A stretch of DNA of 64,000 nucleotides from Pseudovirgaria hyperparasitica (Eukaryota): the NCBI GenBank assembly GCA_010093815.1, contig ML996588.1. One strand, 5' to 3'. Below, one piece after another: positions 51,663-62,788 of this stretch (the stretch's first letter is position 1; every line of letters starts with the position of its first letter). The position numbers and the translations under genes were made by a program. The notes below the pieces were generated by a model. That model searched no databases. It was given only the letters and a program-made list of their open reading frames with translations, and had not been told where the DNA came from.

Positions 51663-52559
51663 ATGTCCACACACTCTGCTCTGTCATCGTCCTTGCCTCA
51701 GGCACCATGGAAACCCATCTTCGAGAAACATCTCAGCAGCATGGAAACACCTCAATTCGTATTGTCCACTCTGACTCCAGCTCCTGCTGGCTCTCCAACA
51801 CCGTATCTTCCGCGTTCTCGGTATGTAATATATCGCGGATTCTGGGGTACTTTGCCCGAAAACAAGCACAACGTCGTCGAGCGTAACCCACGTGTCTACG
51901 AGAGTGAGATGCCTTGTATAACGACCGATGTCAGGATGCAAAAGACATTCGAGCTCTTCAGCAGCTCAGAGGGCAAGGCGACTGAAGAAGAGCAAGTGCA
52001 AGGCAGCGGCGGCGGCGGTCCGGTTGAGGCGGTCTGGTGGGTGGAGGGCGATGTTCAAACACAATGGAGGCTTAAAGGTCGCGCATATGTGTTATGCAAG
52101 GACGACATCGAAGGCGAAGGCGAAGAGAGTAGCGGCGTTAGGACTGTCAAAAGTGAAGTTGGTCGACGAATGAGGATTGTCCCTGAGGGAGAGGGCAAGG
52201 AGGGAGTATGGAGCTGGAGTCGCGAGATCAAGGGCCACTTTGGCAACAATTCGCCTGGCATTAGAGGTAAGCATCCCGCTGACACTGGCAAGCATCATCT
52301 AATCAATCCTGTCGTAGGCTCTTTCAAGGCACCACCGCCCGGACAACCTGTGAACATGCCGTATGATGACAAGAAACTTGTGCTTGGAGAGAAAGTGACC
52401 AGCAATGACGACGAAACAGCGTTGCACCACTTCCGTGTAATCGTCATTCGTCCTGACGAAGTCGAGCAAACAGACCTCTCTGATCCCAAAAAGGCACGCC
52501 GATATATTTACACTATTGGTGAAGATGGCAATTGGAACAAGGAAGAGACCTGGCCATAA
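51663..52559 (+). CDS. Pyridoxamine 5'-phosphate oxidase-like FMN-binding split-barrel protein
   Basis: APWKPIF, PRSRYVIYRGF, TTDVRMQK, EAVWW..QTQWRLKG, FKAPPPG and FRVIVIRPDEVE. Probable in-frame 51-nt intron at 52267-52317. Confidence 0.85.
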   Translation: MSTHSALSSSLPQAPWKPIFEKHLSSMETPQFVLSTLTPAPAGSPTPYLPRSRYVIYRGFWGTLPENKHNVVERNPRVYESEMPCITTDVRMQKTFELFSSSEGKATEEEQVQGSGGGGPVEAVWWVEGDVQTQWRLKGRAYVLCKDDIEGEGEESSGVRTVKSEVGRRMRIVPEGEGKEGVWSWSREIKGHFGNNSPGIRGKHPADTGKHHLINPVVGSFKAPPPGQPVNMPYDDKKLVLGEKVTSNDDETALHHFRVIVIRPDEVEQTDLSDPKKARRYIYTIGEDGNWNKEETWP

Positions 52560-54233
52560 TACGTCGTATCAGCATACGGTCAAGTCAGGATTGTCGCATA
52601 TCTGACTGACAGTCTGACCCCTCTTCGGCCGAGATATTGTAGTCTGTGGGTCATATAGAAGACTGTCTATAGGTGCTCGGAACAAAATCAGAATAAATCC
52701 CGGTAGGGTTCTCTGGTTTCTGTCACAGAAGCATATTTCCACCAGTTATTGCTCGATCTTTCTTGCAGGCTATCTACCGCTCATGTGTACAACCACGTAC
52801 GTGAGCTAGCTCGGCCGACCTTGGCCTAATCGTGCAGAGTCGCTCTCGAGCAAACGCAAAGACTGCCGCCTATGCTGTTGTCTAATCATTGTATTAGCTT
52901 CGCTCACTATCTTTGGATGCATCTCTGCGAGTATTTCGCAGGCAAGTTGGAACGTTGTTACTGCTGCCCAGGTGCTGCCCTCACGCACAAAGACGAGCTG
53001 TCCCGTTAATGATCGCCCGGGCGGAAGAAGCGAAGGAATGGCGGCGTCCACCCCACCTGCAGCCACGTAAGGTCTCCCTGCCGAGCCGGCGGCCAGTGCA
53101 CACTCACGCTCTCTTCACGTATTCACCATTCTCCTCATCATCATCACGCCCCGCTGTCGTGCGTTTGTGCGTACGTACGCTGTCCGTTACACGTCCCCTC
53201 AGTCCTGCGATTCGTAATCGACTCCGGAGAGGCCTCGTGCAGGGACCAAGCAAAAGCAGTCATCACAGACAGCAGCTTATTGAAAGTGGAGATATGATCA
53301 GCATTTGTGTATTGAGAAGAAGAGAAGAAGAAAAAAGAGTAGCAACGGGGGGCGCTGGCTGTTCTTGTCTGCAAGTATTTAGACATCACGCTGAAATGAA
53401 GACTGCTGATGAGGAACCCAGCCAGCTGGTTTGGTCTATCTGTCTGGGGGACGAGCGGGTGCGGCGTTTTTCGTCCTCGTTGCGGCGCTGGGCGTTATGG
53501 CGAAGAAGATACTGTAGTTAATTACTTTGCATTGTGTTGACCTGCTGGACATCCTGACGTCGAAGCAGAACGCATCCCTGTTCTTGACTGATTACAAGTC
53601 AAGACTGCTGCCAGTGACAGCTCGTTGTGTCTTTCCAACATCTCATGGGCAACGGGCTGGTACAAATCCTGCTATTACGTGGGTCATGAGCAGCTGTCTC
53701 CTGTTGCCAAGGTACTCTCAGACGGATGTTAAATCTTAGTACAGTATGAAGGATGTCACGCTCTCACTCTCACTCTCGCTGTCTTTGTCTCTGGTCTGAC
53801 TGATACCAACGAACGTTATTTAACCAACTCGCGCCTCGGCTCCCCGGAAGATCCTTGGATTGCCCGGGCTGAAGTCCTAAGCACCGTGCGCGCCTTGCCC
53901 TGTTCACTAATTACTCCAGGTGCCTTTTCGGCCCGTCGATCTTCACGCGGATGCATGCTAACCTCCTACTCCCGCATCCACTCTCATTAATCCCCCGACC
54001 TCCACTTCACCGTCTAGCCTACACATCACTTCTACCACACTTGCTGCTTTGCGCCCAGGTCTCTCCAAGTGCTGTACGCCTACACCTTCAATTCTACCAA
54101 CCTCAATTCCAAGGTGACAGCAACTGCACCACCTTTGCGCAGGTTCAATGACCGTTACAACTTCTGCATCACTGTGATAGCTTACCGAGCCGTGTCCAAG
54201 TGCTCGGCTTCACCATCAGTTAATCCTGCTACC

Positions 54234-55271
54234 ATGTCTGGGGAAGCCCACAAAGCTTTCGAGTATCTGAAGGAAAAGGTCCCAGAATGGATCGAAAATC
54301 TAGAAGCACTTCGTGCTCGTGTCGCAGAGAAACACCGTCATGCTCTGCGGGCTTCAACAGCTCCAAGGAAGAAGAAACGCACAGGATCCATGGACTCGTT
54401 ACGACCTGACGAGAACGATGCCGTGTCCTCCATTCCCACCAGAATAGTGCTGGCTCCTCAACCGCTGTCTACTACGCCTCTAGCACCTTCGACCAACAAT
54501 CTCACCAAGCGCAAACGCGACGCCAAGTCAATCACGTCAGGTCACATCTCTGGTCCGCCAAAATATCGTATGCGGCAACAAATGGTTGTTGTATACTACG
54601 ACAGCGAGATTCAAAAGTCTTTTGAGACCCTGGTACGAAACATCACCACAGGAAGAAGCATGCTGCGCAAAGGCAAGATGGCTGCCAAAATGGAAGCGCT
54701 TATGTACGCCATGGATGTAGATGACTCCACCTCTGGTGATAATGATGAAGACCCGAACGCAAAGATCGACATTCGTTCGAACTTGACTGGCTTCAGGATC
54801 ACTCGCTCCATTCGAGCTGTTCCTAGTCCCTTGCGTAACGCAGGCTCTTCTAGCGATGACTTCGACTCCGCCGACAAGGACCTCGAGACAGCCCAAAGTC
54901 TATGCGAACGCGGTGCTCACCAATTTCTTCGAGATGGTGACTGTTCTCCGGAATTGGAAGGCTCCGAAGCGAGCTTTAAGAAGATCTTGGCGCTGAGCGA
55001 GATACTTGTCGCACGACAAAGAGCAAAAGAGTAGGAAGCTAGGTCACGGCAAAAGACGCAACAACAGCAGGAGCCATTAACTCTTCCAGTACCGACACAA
55101 ACAACATCATTGCCATGTCGGACGCCTGGTCCGATCGAGGAGAAGCGCATCTCATTTCACCGCCCGGACCTTCTCGCCCTCGAAGTAGACGATGACGAAG
55201 AGGAAGAAGAAATTGACGAAAGTGTATTCGCTGCGCTGCGACCTCCCGTTCGTCTAACACGGCGGTTATGA
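54234..55271 (+). CDS. Conserved-looking fungal hypothetical protein with an in-frame TAG at 55032-55034 (truncated product ends at 55034)
   Basis: VYYDSEIQKSFETLVRNI, LRKGKMAAKM and LETAQSLCERGAHQFLRDGDC. The frame stays open for 78 codons after the TAG (…LALEVDDDEEEEEID…) to TGA 55269-55271. Confidence 0.75.
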
Positions 55272-56450
55272 TGTCAATCTAGCGATGTTTCCCATCATCT
55301 GATTTTCCTTTAAGTTCACATGTATACCGCATTCGAGCTACTTGGCTCACTTGGCGTTTTGGTCTGGTTATCTGCATATACTTTAGCGCGGCACTCCTCG
55401 TTCGAAGATCGAACATTGCATTGTGGAACTTACGAACGGGCCTGTCTAAATTTTCAGCTACGTCAGACCACACGATTTTCTGTCCAAAATATACATAGAC
55501 ATCTGGATTTCAGACACCTTTTACGTTGAGAAGTAGTTCCAGATCGCTTCGCTTATTGGGTCGGATTTTCCTTTTGCGAACTACACCCTCTGTCACTTGG
55601 CAAGCCTGACAAGACTCATTTCATTGTATACACTAGTCGATGCAGCTATTTCCTATGCATCTCACAGGCTCTAAATGAGTGCATCTTCTGCTTCTGTCGA
55701 GTTTATATTTCCTCACCCGCCTTGCGTAGTAGTGTAACTCAATCGTGAGCCATGCGATTGCCTAACCAAAACCTTGGGGAATTTGACCTGCTATTTGAAG
55801 AAGCAATTTCATCGCTATCGACATACATTTTAGAACTGTAGCTGCCACTTTTCGGTTCCCCATAAGGCCCCCAGGGCTGTGTCATTTTTTCTCGCTTTTG
55901 AAGTGATGCCGTACCTGCCAGTCCAATTCACCTTCGGTGCACGGGCCCCTCTCTATTGCACACGATCATTTTCGAATTGATCACCTCCCAGATTTCCAAG
56001 CGTTCAACTTCTCTGATATCAGTACACTGCTGGTATCGTTTTACTTGAGTACTGTGCCGATTCGCTGATGTACAGCCCTCCTCGCTGGCACACTGCAAGC
56101 TGGCTTCACAGCTCTACCGTACTACTATCAACTCTGGTTCTTATTGAGTAGAACGCCTTTTTGCCTGAGAAGCATTCTGGTTTCGCTACGGCTTGCTCTG
56201 ACTCTCACGGGATTCGCTCCAGTATACTCTTACAGCAGCATGGCACGCAAGGTATTATCATATCGATCTAAGCTATACAACGCTGCTGACCGTATCGCAT
56301 CAGAGATCTTGTCCGGGTCTCTTGGAGGCTTCGCGCGTGAAACGGCACATTCGAGGTTCAAGTGACGGCAAGGCACGTGTAGTGCATGATTCCGTACATG
56401 TTTATGTCGGCTCATGTGGCGGGTCCAAAGTCAACTAACCAGCCAATTAG

Positions 56451-58664
56451 ACTACTGCAAATCTATCAACGTCAACTCAGCCAGTCTTCAAAAGACCGGC
56501 TTTACCGACTCCGTTACGAGCAGGTGATGTTTCCGCCCAGCGTGCGAGAAAGCCAAGGGTCGTGGCTGGAATCGAGTCCCAGAATTTGCCTGCAACGTCC
56601 AAGATTCCCATAGATTTGGCTTCTTCCGACGAGGAGGGTGAAACGGTTGTTCATGAGACGATTGTAAAAGCGACACAGCGTGCGACACGCAATCGTGAGC
56701 ATCACAACAATCGTATCAAAAACAGCATCATATATCATCCCATGGATCATCTCACGAGGCCAAGACGAGCTTCAGAGGTGAAAAGGCTTGCGCCAATCGT
56801 GGTGCTGTCCGATGATGACGATGACGACGAGGACATTGTGGCTGGATTGGCGGACAGCCCGGGATCGGATGACACCCATATCTCTCCTCGTCCTCAGGCT
56901 ATCTCAAAGAATCATACCTCCGGACCGATCAGGTCGGCTGCAAATACTCATGACCCATATGACACAAGTACCCACCTTCAGGACGAAGATCTTCATCTCT
57001 CTGGCGTTGTCTTCTCACGTAAGAGGGTTGAAAAGCCTAATATCCTTGTCATACCGCAAAACCCACGCAAAGCCAGAGCTGTATCTACCTTGATCTCTAC
57101 GGAGCGAGAGACACCTACAGAGGAATCGAAACGGCGCAGGAGTACGAATATCATCACCATAGGTAGCAAAGATGCCTTGATTGAAAAGTCCAATGAGTGT
57201 ATCACTGTCAACAGTAACAACGATTGTTCTGACCATTCTGATGCTAAAGCTAGCGAGCTTTCGACTTTATATTCACGAGTTGACCGCATAATCCGTACAA
57301 CGCCCACTGGATCTACCAAGTTGACCAAACGGCAGCAGCAAAAAGAGGCCCGACACTTTCATATATATGAGGATGAGGCAGGTCTATCTCCCGCTCGGAA
57401 CCTGAGGCAAAGAATACTCATCAGGGCCCACAGGAAGGATCATGATAACTTCCCGACGGAGAATATGATAGGCGCAAATCCCCGCCACAGATCACGTCAT
57501 TGGTCAAACATCTTCAGGGCACTGCGTTCAGACGACAGTGATCATGCTGACCTCATCACTGATGACGACCATGACGGGAGTTTACCTGAAGACGACCAAG
57601 GACATCAGCCCAGCGTTGATGGTGGGCGCATATGGAGCGACTCTTTCGAAAGACAAGAGACTGAAGCACTTAGTGAGCCACATGGAACCCTGACCGCAGC
57701 TTTTAGGCATAATGATGACCTTCCTGACATAAGTGTTGACTACGCTGAATCATGTTCATCCGGAGGCATGACCCAATTATTCGAGCGCAGTCTCTACACG
57801 GCCCTTATCGACTTTAGCAACTCTTGGTCAGGCTACGGTGCCGATGAAGGCATTTCTGGGCTTCAGAGAATTTCCGAAAGCAACGACGGCGTCTTCCAGA
57901 GACCATCTGAACCATCTACTAGCTGTGCAATGCCTTCGGGAGACCCGGAGTGCGAGGATGAAGTGAACATCATGGACGATCTTATATCTGCACTCAGCGA
58001 GGACATCACTAGGTCAAGTGGCAATGTCACAGCCGGTGCAGAACAGGTCGCTGCTATCACCCCAGAAGACTCTTTGCTAGTCGGCTGTGATGGCTTCAAC
58101 ACAACGGCTCATTCCATCCTACGTTTCAGTGGAAACCCATATGACACCTTTCTTATGGTGTCAGGGTATTCTAGTCGAGCTCTAGACGGAGAAGAGTCAA
58201 GTGTGAGAGCTACACCGGTATAGTTCGACACATTAAATATTCCTATCGTACGCCTGCATGAGAACAGCGATGAAGCCGAAGTCCGCTCTGATTGTGAGCC
58301 ATCCGTCAGATATCCCCACCAAGGCGACATGCATAGCATCGCTGGTACAGACAACCATGGATCTCGCTCATGGGCTGCGTATCACCCACCCATCCAGTCA
58401 GCATCAATAGAGTGCAGCCCAGACTTGCGCATACCGCGCTTCGTCGATGACTCACAGTCAGCAGAAGCCTCCCAGGTCATCGATAAGTCCATGGGTAAGG
58501 CGAGTTTTGACTCGTAGCTCCATGTTCTACACAAGTTTTTTGAACCGAGAAGAGTAAATTCTGGGGGTCTTACTCTCTTTTCCACGCGGCACGCGCAGCT
58601 TGATCAAGAGATATGCTTTGAAGAGGTCAAGATGATTCAATTTCAACACTGTATACACGTCTGA
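56451..58664 (+). pseudogene. Low-complexity hypothetical protein interrupted by in-frame TAGs (58221, 58515); 5' exon structure unresolved
   Basis: Frame open from the acceptor at 56450 to 58223. It resumes in frame for 97 codons, then 48 more codons to TGA 58662-58664. Probable upstream exons around 56150-56365. Confidence 0.55.
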
Positions 58665-59101
58665 TAGCGATGTATTTCAGTATGCACTTTCAGCAACGTC
58701 GGCTCCATGTAATGTTAGCAAGTAGTCTCACACCCTACGTGTTACTTTTCCGATGGATTTAGAAAGTTGTGCGTTCTAATATCAGTATATGATCATTATA
58801 CATCACCGAAAAAAGTCGTCACATAGAGAATATATATTCTCAGGGCCTGACACGACAGTGTTTGTACCCCATTATCCTCGGCCATCGCTCAGGTACTGCT
58901 AGAACCTCAAGGCAGATTTCCGGCAATTTGATTAGAGGTTTATGTTTCTTTTATTTGGGATTTCTAAGATCGACTCAATTGAAGAGGGGAAGACTTTGCC
59001 GAGGCTATCCTACTCAGAGTTCTACCTATGTCCATAGATCATTTTAATTTGTACCAACATCTATATTAAGCTCCAGACTTCTAGTTTCGATATATCCCAA
59101 G

Positions 59102-60747
59102 ATGCAATCCAACAATAAAGGTCACGTAGTCGAATTCCACTACGACGTCAGTCCACTCCAGTCCTAAGCCTGCGAGGCCAACCACGTGTCCGCCGCACCC
59201 CCCAAACAATCTGACCTCAATCCAGATCTCCTGCCCATTCGCATACATAGCATCGACAAAGCAAGTCAACAGATCCGCCAGATCAAAATCTCAGTCTTTA
59301 CTTACACCAACACAGAATCGAAGCCCTCGCCGCCCGCACAAACGCCCGTCTCATCTACCGTCCTACTCTCCTGGGCGCCATCTATCGTCTGACAGAAGCG
59401 CCCCAGGGCGCCGCCGGCTCCGCATCCGACGTCTTCAACAGCACTAAAAAAGCAGTGACTTCGCGTGCCCTCGAGCGTACTATTGCCCGTCATGGCATCC
59501 CGTACACCGAGCCGCCGCAGCACCCGATGAAGACGACTGCGGCGCTGCGGTTGTTGTATTGTGTCTCTGAGGAAGACAGGGGGAGACTGACGCAGGCGCT
59601 GTTTACGGCGTACTGGGTGCAGGGGAGGAAGATTGGAGAGCAAGCTGTCTTGATAGCGGCGGTCAGGGACGCAGCGGTGGCGCACGCGCAGGCAGTGATT
59701 GAGGCGATTGAGAATGGACAATTTGAGACGCAGCGCGAGAGGAGGATGCTGGAGGATGCGACGAATCAGGCTGTTGAGCGTGGCGCGCCTGGTGTGCCTG
59801 GGTTTTGGATCCCGGATGTCAAGCGGTTGTTTTGGGGCCAGGATCGAATGCATTTTGTGGAGGCTACGCTGCGTGCACTGAACGCTGGACTAGGAGGCCT
59901 GGAGGCTTGGGAGAGAATAGGTGCGCCGCTGAGGAGTCTTGTGCCAAGATGTCTTGCGAAGCAGGATTGTGTGCCGGACGGAGAGGAGGTTAAGGTGGAG
60001 TTTTGGTTTGACTTCTCGTCGCCGTGGGCGTTTCTGGGGTGGACGCAGCTGGAGGCATTGAGACGGCGGTTTGGGACTAGATTGAGCATTGACATGAAGC
60101 CGTTTCTGCTGGGGATCTTGTTCCGCGAGATTGGGGCCCCGGATGCGCCGATGACTGCGTACAGCAAGCAGAAGAGAAACTATTCAATGCTAGATCACGG
60201 CGATTGGGTGAGGTGGTGGAATGCGGTGGGCGCGCAAGAGAAAGAGGGAGACAGGCAGATCAGCTTTCACTGGGCAGACAAGTTTCCGATTCGCACGCCG
60301 ACAGTTTTGAGGGTGAGCTTGGTGGAGCCGGGCACTACAGGGGTGCTATGTGAGTTGTTCAAGGGCTCAAGATCGAACTTTATGCTGACGACAGCAGATC
60401 GAGCGTGCTGGGAGAGGAATATGGATATGTCAGTTGACGATGTCGTCAGGCAGGTCCTCACCGAGGCAGGATTTGATGGCAATGCGCTTCTTGCAAAATC
60501 CAACGAGCCGAAGTACAAAGCTGAGCTGCGTGCGCGGACAAAAGAGGCCAAAGACGCGGGACTCTGTGGCGTGCCTACCTACCGTATCTTTCGCAGAAAG
60601 GCTGGACAGGATGATGATGCTTGGAAACAGGCTGGTGATCTTGTTTGGGGACAAGACGAGATGGGTGTTGTCGAAGATTTGATTGCTGGCTGGGATGGGA
60701 GTGGCGTCGCTGAATCCAGTGTGACGCAGGAAAGAAGTAGACTGTAG
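59102..60747 (+). CDS. Tandem-domain DsbA-like / GST-kappa (HCCA isomerase-like) protein, peroxisomal-type SRL C-terminus
   Basis: Two thioredoxin-fold repeats: EFHYD/ISCPFAY...GAPGVPGF..LFWGQDRM and EFWFDFSSPWAF...GLCGVPTY...VWGQD. Introns 59147-59225, 59261-59315 (GC-AG) and 60350-60397. Ends -SRL. Confidence 0.88.
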
Positions 60748-61327
60748 TCAGACTTGCAATTTTGGCTGCAGGCAACGATGACAAAATGTGTTCGCTGAGG
60801 CCGTGAAGATATTCGGTTATACGCAGCAGAGGCATGATTCCGGTCACGCTCGTCTAAGCAAAAAGTAACCCATAACGTCCTATAGCAAGTCATGAATCAT
60901 ATGTCACATAGGATAGCGGGATGTTAATACTGATACTACGGATGAGTCCTCTACGTCGTCACGATCGCAGACATGCTTCATATCCTGAATCACTGGTTGA
61001 CGTTGTCCGCAAAGAGATGCTTGCAATAGCACGAGCTTATAGAGATCCTGCATAGGGCTTGTAGTATCTACGAGTGACGATACAGAGGTAATCGCAAACG
61101 GTAAGGATGATGTCGTGACAACAACTAATGATAGAACTCTTAGCGTAGCACTCCTCAACCCCTGAAGCAGTAAGTAGGTGAGGTGAGTCCGAGTTTCGAC
61201 CGCTGACATAATCCATCACCACTCCAATTACCTTCAGTAGGCTCAATTCACCCTACCACCACCCTACCGGTGTTCGAATTCCCCCTCCGTCCCACGAACG
61301 AAGAGCACAGCACATCCATATTCCGCC

Positions 61328-62279
61328 ATGCTGCTCACCTCCTCCTTGATCCCGCTAGCCCTGGCCCTCGCCGGGCTAGCCAGCGCGCATAACATCCAAA
61401 TGAAGGCACACACACGCGAATGTTTCCACGAGATGCTGCACCGCGACGACCGCATGACGGTCACGTTCCAGGTCGGCGACCGGGAGTTTGGCGGAAGTGG
61501 GAATCTGGATATTGATTTCTTTGTGCGTCCTGGCGGCTCCTCCTGTTACCGTTACATCCCCATGCGAAGAAGAACAATTGCTTTGCCATGGGATTGACAA
61601 GTGCTAACTCTGGGGGGTTGCCTCTGTAGATCTACAACCCTTCTTCAGTAGCCCAGGTCGCCCAATTAGGCGTGTCCTCGGGCGACCACTCCTTCACCGC
61701 GACCCAGGACGGGAAATACGAATACTGCTTCAGTAACGAGGCGTGGAGCAGCACGACAAAGGAAGTCTCCTTCAACGTCCATGGCATCGTGTACGTCTCC
61801 GAAGCCGACGCTCCACAGGAACCTCTGGAGAAAGAAGGTAATACCCTCACAACTCAATGCTATGTCTCTATGCGAAGCTCAACTCCACACGACATCCAGA
61901 TTTCAAACATAGCACAAGAGAAAACTAGCTAACACAAATCCCAGTCCGAGCCCTCTCCGATGCCGTAGCTAGCATCAAAGACGAACAAGGCTACATCGTC
62001 GTGCGCGAACGCACGCATCGCAACACGGCCGAGAGCACAAACGCTCGCGTCAAATACTGGAGTATCTTTCAACTGGTCATCCTGTTCGGCGAGGCCTTGT
62101 TTCAGGTCTGGTGGCTTAAGCGGTTTTTCGAGGTACGTGGCATATGACACACATACATATTTGATAAACACTATTGTGGAGAAGAGGCCTGCGATGGAAT
62201 ACAGCAGATGAGGACATGGAAAATTCTAGAGAGCGACAGAGAGCTGATGAGGGACTCGCAGGTCAAGCGCGTTGTTTAA
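61328..62279 (+). CDS. EMP24: p24/emp24/gp25L family cargo receptor, 4 exons
   Basis: Signal peptide, RECFHE, GKYEYCFSN, RERTHRNTAESTNARVKYWS, a transmembrane segment and LKRFFE/VKRVV* tail. Confidence 0.92.
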
Positions 62280-62788
62280 AAGAGTACATTTTTGGAAAGG
62301 CTGGCTGGACGGAAGGGCGGGACAAAGAAGGAGATCCATGACTATAGGGTAGGTATCTGGTCACGAAAATGAGGAGAATGGCGTGCAGTCATTGTAGTCG
62401 ATGGATGCAGGTTCTTGTGAATCTGTATCCACCAAGGGGCACAACAGCACTTTAGGAAGTGATGACGCAAACGAGGAGGGCAATTTATCAGCACACTGAC
62501 GAGTCTGGCAGGTGTGACCGTCTGTACATTCATCATTTGTACTGCCACAAGACACAACGGTGGGAGGTGTAAAGGGTCGTCTGCGATGGAGAAATAAGAA
62601 TTACATGTATACCATACACAAACGAAAAGCTATACCAGGGTATCCAGCAACGACAAATTAACATATACACAGAACGAAGGATCCTTCTAGCCTCCCTCGT
62701 CTCATCACAAGCTCTCCCTATTACTCGCAAATGCAACCCATGCATCCATCGTTCAGTTCTCGATCGATTCTCAGCCCTGTCCCTCCAA

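Noticed and set aside
52806..53739. ORFs 52913..53521 and neighbours
   Set aside because: Mostly non-ATG starts, low-complexity Arg/Ser-rich translations and no recognisable domain; more likely promoter or UTR sequence.
54234..58664. Genome-wide TAG reassignment (alternative genetic code)
   Set aside because: TAG is the apparent normal terminator of the aldolase, SNF2, ammonium transporter and DsbA-like genes in this window.
61265..61290. GTTCGAATTCCC resembling a tRNA T-arm
   Set aside because: No D-arm or A-box and no acceptor-stem pairing; it lies in the p24 5' leader.
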